Below, one piece after another: positions 20,792-31,114 of a stretch of 64,000 nt of DNA (positions within the stretch are counted from its first letter, which is position 1; the number at the start of each line of letters is the position of its first letter). The notes under the pieces are model-generated. The model made no database searches, was not told where the DNA came from, and worked only from the letters and a program-made list of their open reading frames with translations. The stretch is from Gammaproteobacteria bacterium (GTDB lineage: Bacteria > Pseudomonadota > Gammaproteobacteria > CAJXQU01), in NCBI GenBank assembly GCA_965238175.1, contig CBDEGZ010000003.1, positions 1,440,001 to 1,504,000 on the forward strand, in the 5' to 3' direction. Both the position numbers and the translations under genes were made by a program.

Positions 20792-21651
20792 AAGTAATTG
20801 TTACGGGTGCTACGGGTTTTGTGGGGCAACACGTAGTTAATCAACTAATTGCTAGCGGACATACTGTTGTCGCTGTTGCTCGTGATATTAAACGTGCAAC
20901 CAAAATGCCTTGGTTTGAGAATGTTGATTTTATTCAATGTGATTTATATGAAGATTTTCAACCTGTTTTGCAGAATAACTTTTCTCCCGATGTGCTCGTA
21001 CATTTAGCGTGGTCAGGTCTTCCAAATTACCTGGATTTTTTTCATATCAGTACTAATTTAATGGGTGATCTGGCTTTTTTAGAAGCTGTTGTTGATTCAG
21101 GGATTTCCCAACTGCTGGTTGCTGGTACTTGTCTTGAATATGGAATGCAACACGGGCCATTGAATGAGGAAATGGAAACCAGGCCGACGACATCGTACGG
21201 TTTTGCTAAAGATGTTTTACGCAAATCGCTTCAAGTGTTGCAGAAGGAAAAGCCATTTATATTACAGTGGATGCGATTGTTTTATATGTACGGAGAAGGA
21301 CAAAATAAGAATAGTCTATTGGCTCAGCTAGATCGTGCCATTGATGAAAAAACCCCCGTTTTCAATATGTCCAAGGGTGATCAATTACGAGATTATTTGT
21401 CCATTCAAGACGTAGCAAGAAACTTTGTTCTTGTCATTGAGAACAGCCAGTGTGATGGTATGATAAATTGTTGCAGTGGGGCTCCTGTTTCAGTTATTGA
21501 TTTGGTCAAAAAACGTTGTCGCTATAAAAATAGTAATATTCAATTGAATAGAGGTTTTTACCCTTACCCAAACTACGAGACACTAGCTTTCTGGGGAGAA
21601 TCATCAAAACTGATGGATTTAAAATCCTCATTAGGTATGGATCAAAATTGA
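20788..21651 (+). CDS. NAD-dependent epimerase/4-ketoreductase (extended SDR)
   Basis: TGATGFVG, GTCLEYG, YGFAK, RLFYMYG, QLRDYL. Confidence 0.88.
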   Translation: MKVIVTGATGFVGQHVVNQLIASGHTVVAVARDIKRATKMPWFENVDFIQCDLYEDFQPVLQNNFSPDVLVHLAWSGLPNYLDFFHISTNLMGDLAFLEAVVDSGISQLLVAGTCLEYGMQHGPLNEEMETRPTTSYGFAKDVLRKSLQVLQKEKPFILQWMRLFYMYGEGQNKNSLLAQLDRAIDEKTPVFNMSKGDQLRDYLSIQDVARNFVLVIENSQCDGMINCCSGAPVSVIDLVKKRCRYKNSNIQLNRGFYPYPNYETLAFWGESSKLMDLKSSLGMDQN

Positions 21652-21714
21652 GTTGGTTTTGTTAGGCAGTTTATATTTAACGAAAGGTAAAGATCGATGA
21701 TGGATGTGAGCATT

Positions 21715-22410
21715 ATAACTGGACCTCATAAGAGTGATTGGGGAATTAGTTTGTATGAAGGTAAGGCAAGCAGAACTTTCCATGATCCGCAGCCGAGCAT
21801 TACATCTGAAATTGTTGATTGGATTGAATATCACGCGATCAAAAGAAAGATCATTGCTAGTCACATTCGTCTGGCAAACTGTGGCAAGGTTAGTCTGGAA
21901 AATACACATCCATTTACTCACGAGCCTTGAGATTGTAGTTGGGTATTTGCTCATAATAGCCAACTCAATAATATCAAGAAAAAGAAATTATATTTTCACC
22001 ATCTCGTTGGTATAACAGATAGCGAATACGCGTTCTGTTATATGATGGATTGACTTCGTTGCCGTTTTCCAAAAAGATCTGCAAAACAAAAAAATCTCTG
22101 GAATTATATTCAACGATTCTCTCGAGAATTAAACATGTTTGGGGTGCCTAGTTTCCTGCTTAGTGACTCGTGATACCTCTTTGCTTATTGCAGCAAACTA
22201 ATGGTTTGGGTAACCAGAGAGTGTCCTTTTTTAGAAACCAAATTGATCGACACTGGAGAAGATTTAGATCTTCGAGAAAAATTCTCGGTGGAAGAATAAG
22301 ATCTGCGTGATAGCATCACAGCCTCTAACTGAAAATGAGAATTGGAATTTAATGGAAAAAGGTGATTTGTTGTGTTTGAAAATGGCCAGACAATTCCACT
22401 TTGGGCTTAA
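21715..22410 (+). pseudogene. yafJ: Class II glutamine amidotransferase (YafJ-like) pseudogene
   Basis: Collinear YafJ motifs GPH..WGI..YEG, SHIR.AN.G.V.LENTHPF, FAHN, VG.TDSE.AFC, LLSD and IASQPLT.NE.W. In-frame TGA at 21928, 22051 and 22171; frameshifts near 22297 and 22370; the N-terminal catalytic MC is missing. Confidence 0.88.
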
Positions 22411-22603
22411 TATATTCATCGCTCATTTATGAAAAATATAATAATATCAATCCCATAATAGATTGAATTAGTCATCGTGCTAATTTATGATAATCCTTCG
22501 ATATAACAGAAATTAACAAAATTAATCCGAAAGAGTTAAACCGAAAAAATAAAAGAATAATAATTGCTTATCACACGCGAGCAAATAAAAGAGGAGAGGA
22601 ACG

Positions 22604-23776
22604 ATGAGTACCACAACCCTTCAATATCTTGATAAAGCCATGAATCAATTACGTGATCTGGGCTTGATGCCAGAGACGGTAGAAGAAGCACCGATTCTAT
22701 CTCTGCTTGAGCGTATTTCTGATATTGATGAAGAGAAATCGTTAGCCATTGCTCGAACCTTATCACAAGCTTCTGTTTTTAATGACATCGTGCGTGAGCA
22801 AGTTAGTCTGATGAACTTAGGCGAACGTTACGAGGAAATCACTGTTGCATTTAATAGCATTCGTGAAGATGCTAAAAGCATGGTCGAGCAGATCGAAGAT
22901 GGCAAGATTGATACGTTTGAGCGGGTTAGCAATGTTTGGATGAAAGTGACGCGTGGCGATGTTGCAAGTCGTTTCGATAAAATAAAGGCAACGTACTTGG
23001 AAGTGGCGAGCGATTCGAGTGATCAAATTGATCGGGAACGAGTCATCTTAAACGCCTATCAAGATTTTCGTGGTGCAATGAAAGAGTCTGAAATTTATGC
23101 GTTAGATATTTTGCAAAAAGCAGAAGGGTTCTGGAATGAAGCGCAAGGGAAGCTAAAGCAGGCGGCGGAAACGGTGACAACTTTTACCGGAGATGATCTC
23201 TCTGCACGAGCGCAACTAGAATTAGCACGTGATGAAAAAATGCGTGAATTGCAATTTGCAGAAGATCGGTATCAAATTAGTAAAGATCTTTCGGACAATT
23301 TGACCGTCAGCTATAACACTTCAGAAGTGATCATGGCGAGACTGATGCAAACGACCAGTGCCAAAGATCGTGTCTACAAACAAGCGATTACTTTCTTTGG
23401 AACCAATGAAACTGTACTGACGGCACTCACTGCCTCGTTTACAGGACTGTTTGGTTTACATGAAAGTACACAAGCGTTGGAAGCAATGAAAGAGGGGGTT
23501 TCAAAAAGTTTGGAAGATCTTGCTGATATCGGTGGCAAGGTTCAAGAAGCGGCTGTTAGGGCAGGTTATGGTCCAACGATTCGTGCTGATTCAGTGAAAA
23601 AACTGGTCGATTCTGTGGTGAATTTTCAAGAACGCACCACTGAGATTATTACGGAAATGCGCGTGCTTTCAACCAAGAATGCAGAAGAAATTCGTGATGC
23701 CGTCGAAGATGGAAAACAACGTTTAAGTGTTATCATTAATCGAGGTGACTCGTTGCAACTACCACATAAATTCTGA
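22604..23776 (+). CDS. Conserved all-helical protein, distantly TelA (toxic anion resistance)-like
   Basis: 390 aa, strong SD, helical. Its segment order resembles TelA (DLSDNLTVS..ARLMQ; GPTIRADSVKKL). The family call is pattern-based. Confidence 0.6.
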   Translation: MSTTTLQYLDKAMNQLRDLGLMPETVEEAPILSLLERISDIDEEKSLAIARTLSQASVFNDIVREQVSLMNLGERYEEITVAFNSIREDAKSMVEQIEDGKIDTFERVSNVWMKVTRGDVASRFDKIKATYLEVASDSSDQIDRERVILNAYQDFRGAMKESEIYALDILQKAEGFWNEAQGKLKQAAETVTTFTGDDLSARAQLELARDEKMRELQFAEDRYQISKDLSDNLTVSYNTSEVIMARLMQTTSAKDRVYKQAITFFGTNETVLTALTASFTGLFGLHESTQALEAMKEGVSKSLEDLADIGGKVQEAAVRAGYGPTIRADSVKKLVDSVVNFQERTTEIITEMRVLSTKNAEEIRDAVEDGKQRLSVIINRGDSLQLPHKF

Positions 23777-23783
23777 TTTTTTT

Positions 23784-24698
23784 ATGGAAGAAACGATAGA
23801 AAATAAGAAGGCACCATTAGAAGATTTAATGGTAGCAATGGATGTTGTTGATACCTTGCGGCATCGTGAGAAGTTGGTCGATCGAGAACTGGATGCAGAC
23901 GCTCGCCGAGAACGTTTGATCGAAAAACTACGTCAGATTTATCAAGCACAAGGCATCGAAGTGACAGATCAAGTTTTAGCTGATGGCGTTGAGGCATTGG
24001 AAGAAGATCGTTTCAAATATGATCCACCTGAAAAGACTCTTGTAACACATCTTGCCAGTATCTATGTCAAGCGTGATAAATGGCTGAACCCTCTTCTTGC
24101 TATTTTAGCCTTACTATTTGTACTGTGGTCGTATAATTATTTCGTCAATGTACGTCCTGAAATCACTGCACAAAATGCGATACCTGATCAACTTAGTCAA
24201 ACTTATGAAGAAGTGATCCAGATCAGTGATGATCAAAATATTTTGTCGCAAGCACATTCAATAAATGATCAAGGTAAGTCTGCGATCAAAAATGAAAATT
24301 TTGCAGAAGCGCGCGCGGCTCAAGAAGAACTTGAAATGATGTTGATCCAACTTAAAAGTACTTATAAGTTGCGAGTTGTTCAAGAGCCTGGTGAACGTTC
24401 AGGTGTCTATCGTATTCCTGATGCCAACACTAATGCGAGGAATTATTATTTGATCATTGAGGCGATAGATTCACGCGGTAATGTACTCTCGCTGCCGATC
24501 ACAAGTGAAGAAGATGGCAAAACGAAAGTTGTTAATAAGTGGGGCATTCGCGTCGATGAATCAATCTATCAAGGTGTCGGTGCAGATAAAAAAGATGATG
24601 GCATTATCCAGAATAGAACAGTTGGTAGAAAAGAACGTGGTCAAATCCATCCTGAATATTCTATTCCCACAAACGGTACAGCTATTACAGATTGGTAA
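23784..24698 (+). CDS. DUF6384-like single-TM membrane protein
   Basis: LEDLMVAMDVVDTLRH, LRQIYQAQGIEVTD..L..GV.ALEEDRF, one TM, then RNYYLIIEAID and KKDDGIIQN. Start placed at MEETI. Confidence 0.75.
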   Translation: MEETIENKKAPLEDLMVAMDVVDTLRHREKLVDRELDADARRERLIEKLRQIYQAQGIEVTDQVLADGVEALEEDRFKYDPPEKTLVTHLASIYVKRDKWLNPLLAILALLFVLWSYNYFVNVRPEITAQNAIPDQLSQTYEEVIQISDDQNILSQAHSINDQGKSAIKNENFAEARAAQEELEMMLIQLKSTYKLRVVQEPGERSGVYRIPDANTNARNYYLIIEAIDSRGNVLSLPITSEEDGKTKVVNKWGIRVDESIYQGVGADKKDDGIIQNRTVGRKERGQIHPEYSIPTNGTAITDW

Positions 24699-24736
24699 CA
24701 TAGAGAATATGAATAATTGAGAATGCAAATAACAGT

Positions 24737-26194
24737 ATGATCAGTGGACATCAAACATTAGGTTATCTTGATCAGGGGCTCAGTTCTGTTCGTAAAGAGA
24801 TAAACCGAATTGATAGTGAGCTTAATCATGTCAGCGAAGCCTTGCATGATAATCATCGTCAGCAAGCAGCAGCAATGAAAGAACTTGCAAAAATTCGTCT
24901 GGATGAAATCACCCAAGGTTCTTTTTTGGGTGAAGTAGATGCGGCAGATCAAAAAGCACTTGCGCTTTTAGAAGATAGAAATCGTGCTTATAAAAAATTA
25001 GAAGCGAAAATTAATAAGACAACTAAAGCGCTTACAAAATGTGAAAAAGATCGAGAAGCTGCATTGAAAACCGTAAATGTAAAAGCGCAGGCGATTATCG
25101 ATTGTGAGCATAAAATTCAGGCGGATCTCGAAAGTAACAAAACGTACCAACAGCAGCTGCAAATAGCTCGAAAAGTAGATGGCATTGCTGAACAAGCTGA
25201 AGAAAAAGCTAAACTTGCTGAAAGAGATCGAGAAGAAAAAGGTCTGCCTTATGAAAGCAGTTCATTGTTTATGTATCTGTGGAAACGTAAATACGGCACA
25301 CCGGATTATCAAGCAAATACACTGACACGTTTTCTTGATCGCTGGGTAGAAGACTTATGCAATTATGATCAATTTCGAGTCAATTATTGGACCCTGTTAG
25401 AAATCCCGAAGAGATTAAGAGCACATGCAGAAGCAGCACGTAACGATTCGGAACAAGCGCTCGAAAAATTAGAATTGATCGAAACAAAAAAAGCTGGGCA
25501 AGCAGGCTTGCCTGAGTTACAAGTGCAACATACTGACGTAATAAAAATTGTTGATGGGATAGATGATGATATAGAACATCAAGAAGATGAGCTTAATCAA
25601 TTGCTCAAGCAGCGCACAGAATACATAGAAGCCAAAGATTCTTTTATGGAAGAAAGTTTAAAAATAGTGAGTACAGCATTAAGTAATAAGAGTGTTTATG
25701 AACTTAATCATGCAGCTAACCAAACGATCAGTAATCAAGATAATTTAATCGTTCGAGAACTAGCAGAACTGGACGAACAGCATATGGATCTTGAGGAACA
25801 ACTTTCTGATCAGCGGCGTATGCACGAAGCAAAACTTCGACGACTACAAGAACTCGAGGGTGTTCGACGACAATTTAAAAATCGCCGTTTTGATGACGTA
25901 AGATCAGGTTTTGGAAACGAAGGTATTATCTCATCCATGCTTGGTCAATTTCTAAATGGTTTGATTGGTAGTGGTGAATTATGGCGTGTACTACAACGAT
26001 TACAACGACATCGTGATGTTGGTGCCTGGCCTGATTTTGGTAGTGGTGGTTTAGGTCTACCCAAACGTCGCCGCAGTCCGTGGCATTTTCCCACCAGTCG
26101 TGGAAATTCAGGTGGTGGTTTTCGTCTGCCCAGATCGGGTGGGTTTAGTTCACGTGGTGGCAGTGGAGGTTTCCGTACTGGTGGTGGCTTCTAA
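24737..26194 (+). CDS. Long coiled-coil protein with Gly-rich C-terminus ending GFRTGGGF
   Basis: Heptad-rich, with a central KGLPYE..LFMYLW.RKYGT.DY segment; co-oriented with the two upstream genes. Confidence 0.8.
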   Translation: MISGHQTLGYLDQGLSSVRKEINRIDSELNHVSEALHDNHRQQAAAMKELAKIRLDEITQGSFLGEVDAADQKALALLEDRNRAYKKLEAKINKTTKALTKCEKDREAALKTVNVKAQAIIDCEHKIQADLESNKTYQQQLQIARKVDGIAEQAEEKAKLAERDREEKGLPYESSSLFMYLWKRKYGTPDYQANTLTRFLDRWVEDLCNYDQFRVNYWTLLEIPKRLRAHAEAARNDSEQALEKLELIETKKAGQAGLPELQVQHTDVIKIVDGIDDDIEHQEDELNQLLKQRTEYIEAKDSFMEESLKIVSTALSNKSVYELNHAANQTISNQDNLIVRELAELDEQHMDLEEQLSDQRRMHEAKLRRLQELEGVRRQFKNRRFDDVRSGFGNEGIISSMLGQFLNGLIGSGELWRVLQRLQRHRDVGAWPDFGSGGLGLPKRRRSPWHFPTSRGNSGGGFRLPRSGGFSSRGGSGGFRTGGGF

Positions 26195-26237
26195 ATAACT
26201 TTTAAAAACGTAAAGAACTGATCAAAAACACTTCTGA

Positions 26238-26432
26238 TCAAACATCATTTTCAGCATTTGCATCCACGATAATTTGATCAGAATCAATAATACTGACACT
26301 CAACATAATTGGCCGACAGCACACCTGACAATCCTCAATATATTGCTGCTCTTCAAGACTAGTATCAATAACGATTTCAATAGATTCACCGCAGTAAGGG
26401 CAAGAGAGTTTTTTTAATTCTGAAGTGTACAT
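26238..26432 (-). CDS. CPXCG-motif cysteine-rich small protein
   Basis: CPYCGE.IE..ID.S..EQQYIEDCQVCCRPI. Start placed at MYTSE. Confidence 0.88.
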   Translation of the reverse strand: MYTSELKKLSCPYCGESIEIVIDTSLEEQQYIEDCQVCCRPIMLSVSIIDSDQIIVDANAENDV

Positions 26433-26556
26433 TCGATTGTTTGATTTATTATAGTTTCTCGATTGTAATCTAATTAACTCAAATGTTTGAATTGTGTCCA
26501 TTATATGATTTTCAGGGGCGTAACCAATTCTTAATAAAGATGGTGAATTAAGTGAA

Positions 26557-26912
26557 ATATAACAAAAGCAAGCGATGCGAGAAGCGCGCCTGCTGCTAAC
26601 GGTACCGTATTTATGGGCAGGGAAAAGACATTTAGTTTCACAAAAGGGTATTCATTTTTTTGAAGGTTTCATTAATTTCACTTTTAGCTGCTGGAGGTAA
26701 ACTTGCTTTTGGTTTGCCCCAACAATGCGTTTGTTCAGACGCGCAGCTTGATTGTTAGGGTTAAAAAATTGACAAAAAGAACGTTGTTTAATCGATCCAT
26801 ATCTGCGAGATTGCATGGCAGAACATCGAAAGCCAAACCTTGCTTGGAATAAAAAGCCCTAACAAGTAACTCTAGGCGTTCCTATAAAGTAGTGCGGTGT
26901 TATGCGTTATAT
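26557..26912 (+). repeat. Three degenerate attC-like hairpins
   Basis: Near-RYYYAAC...GTTRRRY bounded segments at 26557-26607, 26717-26760 and 26857-26912; all deviate from consensus. Confidence 0.35.
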
Positions 26913-27230
26913 GTACTCTAGCAAATCGACAATAGTTCTAACTTTAATTTTTATAATTAGTTTACTGTCTGTAATGATAAACGTAGCCGCAGGTGAGAGT
27001 GTCATCATCGTGCTCAATTATATTCCTATTAATCTTTCTAACTGTTTTACAGTGCTAGATAAAGTGCTTAAAAAAGAGGATATTGAAAAAATTCGAAATA
27101 TTTCTGAGGGTGATATGGCGCTTTATCATCGTGGCTTAGAAGCGACTGGGTTTGTGGAGTAGATCTCGATTGGGCCGTGGTTTAACGATAAAGGGATCAG
27201 TTATTCTGGTGATATGTTTGCTATTATTCT
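26902..27230 (+). pseudogene. DUF6794-like gene remnant
   Basis: YIP.NL..CF..LDK.L..EDIEKI...YH.GL continues after frameshifts as GLWSRSRL and WFNDKGI....DM..IIL, running into the ttcA 3' end. Confidence 0.6.
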
Positions 27231-28099
27231 TGGGAGAAAGGTTGATTTTCTAGTTTTGTTAAATTTTCTTCTACAGATGAAATGTCAATCTTTTCATTTT
27301 TATTCTGAATCAAAGATGTAAATGGATATAAATCTGTATCCATCAAATGTGAAGGTTTAACGTTTTGCAGACTGCGGAAAATATTCTCAATTCGTCCTGG
27401 TACTTTAGCCCAATCTGAAAGCATGGATTTAATCGCAACACGTTGTAAATGATCCTGAGAGCCACATAAGTTACAAGGAATGATCGGATAGTTTTTGATC
27501 TTTGAGAAAATTTTAATATCTTCTTCTGAGCAATATGCCATTGGTCGGATAACAATATGCTTTCCATTATCGCTTTTCAGCTTTGGAGGCATGGTTTTAA
27601 GCGTACCGCCATGAAACATATTAAGAAAAACGGTTTCAATTATGTCATCTCGATGATGACCTAAAGCAATCTTGGTAAAACCATGTTTTTCCGCGTAGGT
27701 ATATAAATTACCTCGCCGCAGACGTGAACAAAGGCCGCAGGTGGTTTTGCCTTCTGGGATGACACGTTTAACAATACTGTATGTATCTTCCTCAATGATG
27801 TGATATGGAATATCAATGCTTTCGAGGTATTCTGGCAAGACATGTTCAGGGAAGCCAGGTTGCTTTTGATCTAGATTAACGGCTGTTAGATCAAAATTAA
27901 TTGGGGCATTTTTTTTCAAATTCTGCAGGATCTCCAACATGGTATAGGAGTCTTTGCCGCCAGAGAGACAGACCATGATCTTGTCTCCGTCTTCGATCAT
28001 ATTGTAATCTGCGATAGCATTTCCGACGTTTCTACGTAGCCGTTTGTGTAACTTATTGAGTTCGAGTGTCTGTTTTCTAAAATCTTGTGGTATAACCAT
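27224..28099 (-). CDS. ttcA: tRNA 2-thiocytidine(32) synthetase
   Basis: [43 protein letters not shown]. Confidence 0.97.
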   Translation of the reverse strand: MVIPQDFRKQTLELNKLHKRLRRNVGNAIADYNMIEDGDKIMVCLSGGKDSYTMLEILQNLKKNAPINFDLTAVNLDQKQPGFPEHVLPEYLESIDIPYHIIEEDTYSIVKRVIPEGKTTCGLCSRLRRGNLYTYAEKHGFTKIALGHHRDDIIETVFLNMFHGGTLKTMPPKLKSDNGKHIVIRPMAYCSEEDIKIFSKIKNYPIIPCNLCGSQDHLQRVAIKSMLSDWAKVPGRIENIFRSLQNVKPSHLMDTDLYPFTSLIQNKNEKIDISSVEENLTKLENQPFSQE

Positions 28100-28278
28100 A
28101 TTCTGAATTAATCCTACAAACCGATGAATTTAGCCGATATTCATTAATACCGAAAGAGAATAATTTAAATTAAATGATATAATGATTTGATTGTTTATAA
28201 CAATTTGTTATTAATAATGAATGTTTGTTAAAGGCAGTTTAACTGGGTTGCAACAGAATTAAGGGTATTTGAGTCATC

Positions 28279-28902
28279 GTGTCACTGGATCTTGAGAAAA
28301 TCAATGAGGAGTTGCGAGATAAGTCACCTGTCGAAATTATAAAATGGTCGATAGAGACAAATCTTAAATTGATCGCTACAACAAAGTTCGGTCCACATTC
28401 CGCAGCTCTTCTGCATCTCCTTACCCAACAAAAACCTGATGCTCCTATTTTATGGGCTGATCATGGCTATAACACCAAACCAACTTACCTTTTCGCAGAA
28501 AAACTGATAGAAAAGTTAAATCTGAATATGAAGATTTACACACCTGAAATGACATCGGTGCGGCGCGATGCGATCATGGGGGGAATTCCTGAACTTGATG
28601 ATGAGCTACATGATGAATTCACACGCCAAGTAAAACTGGAACCCTTTAATAGAGCCTTTGATGAAATCCAACCAGAAATTTGGTTAACAGGGATCCGTAA
28701 GGATCAAACTGATTTTCGTAAGACACTGGATATTGTCACATTAAGCCAGCGTGGGGTTTATAAGGTCGCACCAATTTTTAATTGGACAGAAATAGATTTA
28801 GAAGGTTATTTATACGAAAATGATTTGCCAACGGAAAGAGATTATTATGATCCAACTAAAATCCTTTCACATAGAGAGTGTGGGCTACATTACACTATCT
28901 AA
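28279..28902 (+). CDS. cysH: PAPS/APS reductase family protein without the Fe-S cysteine motifs
   Basis: TTKFGP.SA, DHGY, KLEPF, TGIRKDQT..R, C-terminal RECGLH. Confidence 0.85.
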   Translation: MSLDLEKINEELRDKSPVEIIKWSIETNLKLIATTKFGPHSAALLHLLTQQKPDAPILWADHGYNTKPTYLFAEKLIEKLNLNMKIYTPEMTSVRRDAIMGGIPELDDELHDEFTRQVKLEPFNRAFDEIQPEIWLTGIRKDQTDFRKTLDIVTLSQRGVYKVAPIFNWTEIDLEGYLYENDLPTERDYYDPTKILSHRECGLHYTI

Positions 28903-28959
28903 GTTTTTATGAAGTTTCAGCAATGAAAACTTTGTAGATACAAACAGACACTAGTCTTC

Positions 28960-29817
28960 TTATCTAATTTCACCAATTTGCTGCCCCATCTTTATTGGAG
29001 TCCCTGCACGTTGATTCTCCGCCCATGAAATTTGATCTTTCCCGAACAATAAAACCACGGTTGAGCCCATATTAAACCGACCCATTTCTTCGCCTTTTTT
29101 TAAGGTTAAATCAGAATCATAATTCCAGACTTTTATTTCTTTTTTGTATGGTGGTGTGATCATTTCTTCATGCCAGACGGTTTCCATACTGCCAACGAAA
29201 ATTGCGCCCACCATGATCAAAACGAACGGGCCAGAGTCCGTTTCAAACAAGATGATTGTGCGTTCATTTCTGGCAAATAATTCAGGAACATGTTCAACGG
29301 TACGTTGATTAACGGCAAATAGATCTCCTGGAACATAGATCATTTTTTTTAATTTGCCATCGAGAGGCATATGGATACGATGATAGTCTTTGGGTGATAA
29401 ATAAAGTGTCGAGAAATATCCATTAATAAAATTTTCTGTTAATTGTTGATCATTTGCTAGTAAACTTGAGAGTGAAAATGTTTTCCCTTTCGCTTGGAAA
29501 AGCTGATATTTTTCAATGAGGCCTGCCTGGCTAACTGCTCCATCGACAGGTGAGGCAATACTATTTGAATCTGTCAAAAATGGTCTTGCTGTAGTTTCTA
29601 ATTCGCGTACAAAAAATTCATTAAAATGAATAAAGTTTTGCGGATTTTTTTCAATCGCTATACTCATATCAACGTTATATAAGTTGATGAAATTCTTGAT
29701 TAGAAAATTTTTGATTGGCACAACCTCACAGCGCATTAATTTATGCATCTGCAAAGAAAGCCAATGTTGCGGAATAATACGCTGTAGTAGAACGAAGATT
29801 TGATCAACAATGTTCAT
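28960..29817 (-). CDS. psd: Phosphatidylserine decarboxylase
   Basis: FNEFF.R, SPVDG, YLSPKDYHRIHMP, NER, GRFNMGST. Confidence 0.95.
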   Translation of the reverse strand: MNIVDQIFVLLQRIIPQHWLSLQMHKLMRCEVVPIKNFLIKNFINLYNVDMSIAIEKNPQNFIHFNEFFVRELETTARPFLTDSNSIASPVDGAVSQAGLIEKYQLFQAKGKTFSLSSLLANDQQLTENFINGYFSTLYLSPKDYHRIHMPLDGKLKKMIYVPGDLFAVNQRTVEHVPELFARNERTIILFETDSGPFVLIMVGAIFVGSMETVWHEEMITPPYKKEIKVWNYDSDLTLKKGEEMGRFNMGSTVVLLFGKDQISWAENQRAGTPIKMGQQIGEIR

Positions 29818-29852
29818 AGGAAAATTTGGGGTTTGTTTAGCTGGTTTTCCAA

Positions 29853-30299
29853 CTATTTTTGAGTATTTATGTGAGCAACAGTTTTTTTTACTGTGACTAT
29901 GATTTTTTGAGCATTCATATTTTTAAAGCTCAAGTTAAATTCAACCTGATCTTCTAATTTCAGCGATGTATTTTTCCCCATCAGCATCATGTGAACACCG
30001 CCAGGTGCAAGTTCAAAGCTGGAATGAGCAGGTATTATTATTTCATCTGCATGACGCATTTTTGCTAAGCCATCTTTTATTTCAGTTTTATGAAACATAA
30101 TGCTCTTAAAAGTGAGGCTATTCGCGTTTGTTAATATAATATCCTGATCAGTTGGATTTTTAAGTGTCATGTAAGCGGCTAATACATTTACTGTTGGTGG
30201 TGCTTCTCTTATCCAGGCATTTTCAATAATTAATAATTGATCAGCTTTTACGAAAAAAGATAATGAGGACAGGAATAAAATCAGGAAGGTTTTGGACAT
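29853..30299 (-). CDS. Periplasmic copper chaperone PCu(A)C
   Basis: Signal peptide, AWIR..PP, AAYM.L.N, H..M..PGG.H.ML. Start placed at MSKTF. Confidence 0.9.
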   Translation of the reverse strand: MSKTFLILFLSSLSFFVKADQLLIIENAWIREAPPTVNVLAAYMTLKNPTDQDIILTNANSLTFKSIMFHKTEIKDGLAKMRHADEIIIPAHSSFELAPGGVHMMLMGKNTSLKLEDQVEFNLSFKNMNAQKIIVTVKKTVAHINTQK

Positions 30300-30300
30300 G

Positions 30301-30972
30301 TTAGTTTTGTTGATTGATAAACTCTGTAATTTGAAGATAACGTTGTTTGATATCTTCTTTGTCATGCGGCGTAGAGAAAATTCCTACTAATCTTGCTTTT
30401 GGATCAAGTAATAGTATTGCTGAAGAATGATCCATTAAATAATTTTCACTATCTGTCGAATTTTCATCTTTAACTTTCATATGCAAAATACCTAACTGTT
30501 TCATCAGTACTGTCAGATCTTCTTCTGAGCCGGTTAAGCCTGAAAATTCATTGTTAAAATAAGCAATATAATCAGCAAGGTGTTGTTGTGTATCTCTCTC
30601 AGGATCAACTGTCACAAAAATAACGTTCGGTTTTGTTTCTTCGTTAATTTTTTCATTTGTGGACAATTCTTCTACAACAGAATTAAGTAAAGTCATGGTA
30701 GTCGGACAGACATCGGGGCAGTGAGTATAACCAAAAAACATCATCGACCACTGGCCTTGCAAACTATTCTGATTGAATTCATCCGCATTTTTATCGACTA
30801 ATGAGAATGCAGAAATCTGTTTCGGATTTGGCCATAACAGTCCGGAAATATTAACAGGCGTTTGTTCGATGTTATTTGTCTTGTTGATATTTTGGTTGAT
30901 ATTCAGGGAAAACAGAATACCGCCAATCAGGGCGATGGCAGCAATTAGAATTGGGATGAGTTTAGAATTCAT
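30301..30972 (-). CDS. SCO1/SenC family copper protein
   Basis: FFGYTHCPDVCP, VDPERD, YLMDHS; N-terminal TM. Confidence 0.95.
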   Translation of the reverse strand: MNSKLIPILIAAIALIGGILFSLNINQNINKTNNIEQTPVNISGLLWPNPKQISAFSLVDKNADEFNQNSLQGQWSMMFFGYTHCPDVCPTTMTLLNSVVEELSTNEKINEETKPNVIFVTVDPERDTQQHLADYIAYFNNEFSGLTGSEEDLTVLMKQLGILHMKVKDENSTDSENYLMDHSSAILLLDPKARLVGIFSTPHDKEDIKQRYLQITEFINQQN

Positions 30973-31114
30973 CAGCCCAATTATACTGACTATGTTATAT
31001 CTATGTAATCCTTTAGCGATGAAAGTCTGAAAGTTGGTAAAAGCTCTGAGGATCTAACATGCAGAGATCTAAAACGATCTCCTCATTAACAATAAACTCA
31101 TTAAATAAAATATA

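Noticed and set aside
21928-22173. Three in-frame TGA codons in yafJ suggesting TGA recoding
   Set aside because: Many intact genes here (dnaJ, dapB, rfbF) end in TGA. The remnant also has frameshifts and lacks its N-terminus, and single changes from TGG or CGA explain the stops.
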